A program made the translations under genes and the position numbers. Shown here one piece after another: positions 62,115 through 64,000 of a stretch of DNA of 64,000 nt. This stretch comes from Macrostomum lignano. Taxonomy: Eukaryota. The first letter of the stretch is position 1. The number at the start of each line of letters is the position of its first letter. The DNA is taken from the NCBI GenBank assembly GCA_002269645.1, contig NIVC01002466.1, forward strand, positions 81,581 to 145,580. The letters are read 5' to 3'. Under the pieces are notes generated by a model, which saw only the letters and a list, made by a program, of their open reading frames with translations, was not told the DNA's origin and did no database searches.

Positions 62115-63181
62115 TTACACTTTTCTTAAGTCCTTCTCATCCACCCAGTCAGTGGACTTGTAGCCGGCCCACTTGACGAGATATCGGATCTTTCCCTTCC
62201 GCTTCTCAGTCTTCAGAACCTTCTCGATTACATACAGCCGCTGCGAGTCCGGAACAGCTTGCAGCTCATGCTCGTGAAGAGGCCTCTAATGTCTTCCCCC
62301 TTCATGTCTCGAATCCTGTACATGTAGGGATAATGCTTTGGTGCCCTAAACACTATGGTGTACACCTCCTCGCTCCAGTTCGCCTTGTATCCCTTCCTGA
62401 AGAGTCTGGGTGCATTGGAAATCCGCACTGATTGGTTTTCACAGAACTTCGGTTTTCTCAGTTTCTCAACTGTCTCAATCGCTTTCCCATCATAAAGGTT
62501 CATCCACACTTCAGTCTCGTTTGCTTTGCTGACATTCATTGGTGTAGTCTTGATGCTTCTGTGGAAAGTATTGTTATAGGACTTGACCAGTTTAGGCAGC
62601 ACATCAAGCCATTGTAGAGTGCTGTTGTGAGTAAAGTAACGCCACATCTTGCTTTTTAAAGTTCGATTCCATCTTTCAATTATGGCTGCTTTGTGCTCAC
62701 TGCTAGTTGGAAACGCCAGAATCCCCCGGTCTATGCAGAACTGGCGAAAAATTGCGTTGACAAACTCCTTTCCCTGATCTGTGCGGACAGTCCGCGGCTG
62801 CCGCTTTGAGCTCTTCAGCATGCTCTCAAACGCAGATTTCACTTCTGCCGCGCTCTTAGACTTCAGTGCTCGGGCCATTGCAAATTTAGATAAAACATCA
62901 ATGCAGGTGAGAATGTATTTATGCCCGCGATTATACTTTGCAAACGGAATCATTTCCACCAGATCCATCTCCCACTGATCATCAATGGCCCTCACTATTA
63001 TTGGCGCCCTTGGAAATCGTACTCTAGCTGGCTTATGCAGAGTGTGTACTGGCTGCTGACTTAGCCACTGCTCAATGCTCTTGACTCCAATATGCTCGCC
63101 TCTTTTTCGCAGTTCATGTTGCAGTTTTGAAGAACTGCAATAGCTCGCAGGCTGATTTGGATTGAAATAAATTTTTTCCAT
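62115..63181 (-). CDS. int: Retroviral-type DDE integrase with C-terminal chromodomain (-1 frameshift at ~62276)
   Basis: QWEMDL, RTDQGKEF, IIERWNRTLK, WSEEVY; after the shift ELQ..VIEKVL..RYLVKWAGY..DWV. Confidence 0.95.
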
Positions 63182-63345
63182 TTTCAGAAACAAAGAAACA
63201 TTTTTAGGTTTTCTTAAGACATTGAAAATGTATAGCGCATGTGAAAGCAAGCATATATTTTTTATTTTCAAACAAAGAGATGGAAAGCAGGTCTGGATAA
63301 AAAGCTCGTAGCACAGAGTTTGTCTCAATGTCAGAGGGTCTGCAA

Positions 63346-64000
63346 TCAGTCGAAGCACGGCCTGGGCAGCTTCATGGCGTCCAATCTGCGCAGAGCGAAC
63401 GGCGGCTGCTTGCGTTTCCTGGCGTTCTCAGCGGCGGCTGCTTGAGCTCGGAACTGGTACCAGACTGGGTCCTCTTGCAGATCAGTGTCCTGCCGAGGAA
63501 TCGCTCCAGCTGCTGGCTTGGTCAGTTGCAGAGGCGTTGAAGTGGCAAACGCTGTGTCGATTTGCAGATTGGATGGCATGCCAGCCACATCGCCAGCAGC
63601 AGCAGGAGCATCGTCCTCCGCCTTCACTACCGGCTTGGTCTCTTCCGCGTTTTCGCCAGCACCGTCTTCATTTCGATGCTGTTGGAGGAAGATCCCGACT
63701 CCAGCTCGTATACATCGGAAATCTCACGTGGAGCCGATAGCTGCTCGTCGATCCAATCCGCGTACTGCCACAGCTTTCGCCACAGCGGCGGTGTCAGCAG
63801 CACGGTGTTCCGCTTAAGAAACTCGTCGCAGCAGTCCTCCGGCAATCGCTTTAACCAGATAATGCCGTTTTTCACTTCGATGAACTTATCGAAGCCGAGT
63901 TTGACAACCTTTGGCTGTTTGTCCAAGGCCGCCTTGACAAGCGATCGCTTCAACTCCTTGAGCTTCTCCCACTGACGGATGTTCAAATTGAAGCCGGGAC
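63346..64000 (-). CDS. Tandem PC4/Sub1-like (ssDNA-binding/coactivator fold) protein with acidic tail; 5' end beyond the window; probable frameshift at 63695
   Basis: GFNLNIRQWEKLKE and KLGFDKFIEV..NTVLLTPPLWRKLWQYADWIDEQL each match PC4 [23 protein letters not shown]. Confidence 0.65.

Larger units (their letters stand above)
50698..64000. mobile_element. Polinton/Maverick (adintovirus-like) element, left end to window edge
   Basis: Starts AGTAGTAG (typical Polinton terminus); encodes pPolB, A32-like ATPase, adenain-type protease and retroviral-type integrase. Confidence 0.95.

Overview
Eukaryotic (invertebrate) genomic DNA with GC-rich spliced exons and minisatellite-filled introns. The style suggests a Macrostomum-like flatworm, which I cannot verify. 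Layout: (1) 0.3-5.5 kb, a spliced DH-PH RhoGEF gene (-) whose introns hold 49-, 21- and 20-bp satellites. (2) 8-10 kb, a Tks4/Tks5/p47phox-family PX-SH3-SH3 gene (+). (3) 9.5-38.85 kb, a head-to-tail 14.68-kb tandem duplication joined at a CAAA microhomology. Each copy carries a secreted PAN-LamG gene, a decayed Gypsy with a nested RNase H LINE, two MITEs and a secreted PAN-fibrinogen gene. (4) 39-50 kb, a LINE 3' fragment, a tRNA-Leu-primed Gypsy, two large satellites and a tRNA-SINE. (5) 50.7-64 kb, the left ~13 kb of a Polinton/Maverick (adintovirus-like) element. It has the core genes (pPolB with vOTU and EndoVII motifs, packaging ATPase, adenain protease, chromodomain integrase). It also encodes a divergent TATA-binding-protein homologue, a tandem PC4-like protein, a Zn-finger/acidic activator-like protein and a DEDD-like nuclease. 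Its polymerase gene appears to be spliced across a microsatellite, and its capsid module appears almost entirely deleted. The TBP + PC4 + activator trio is the strongest candidate for an undescribed system. All domain calls are motif recognition by eye; no database searches were run.
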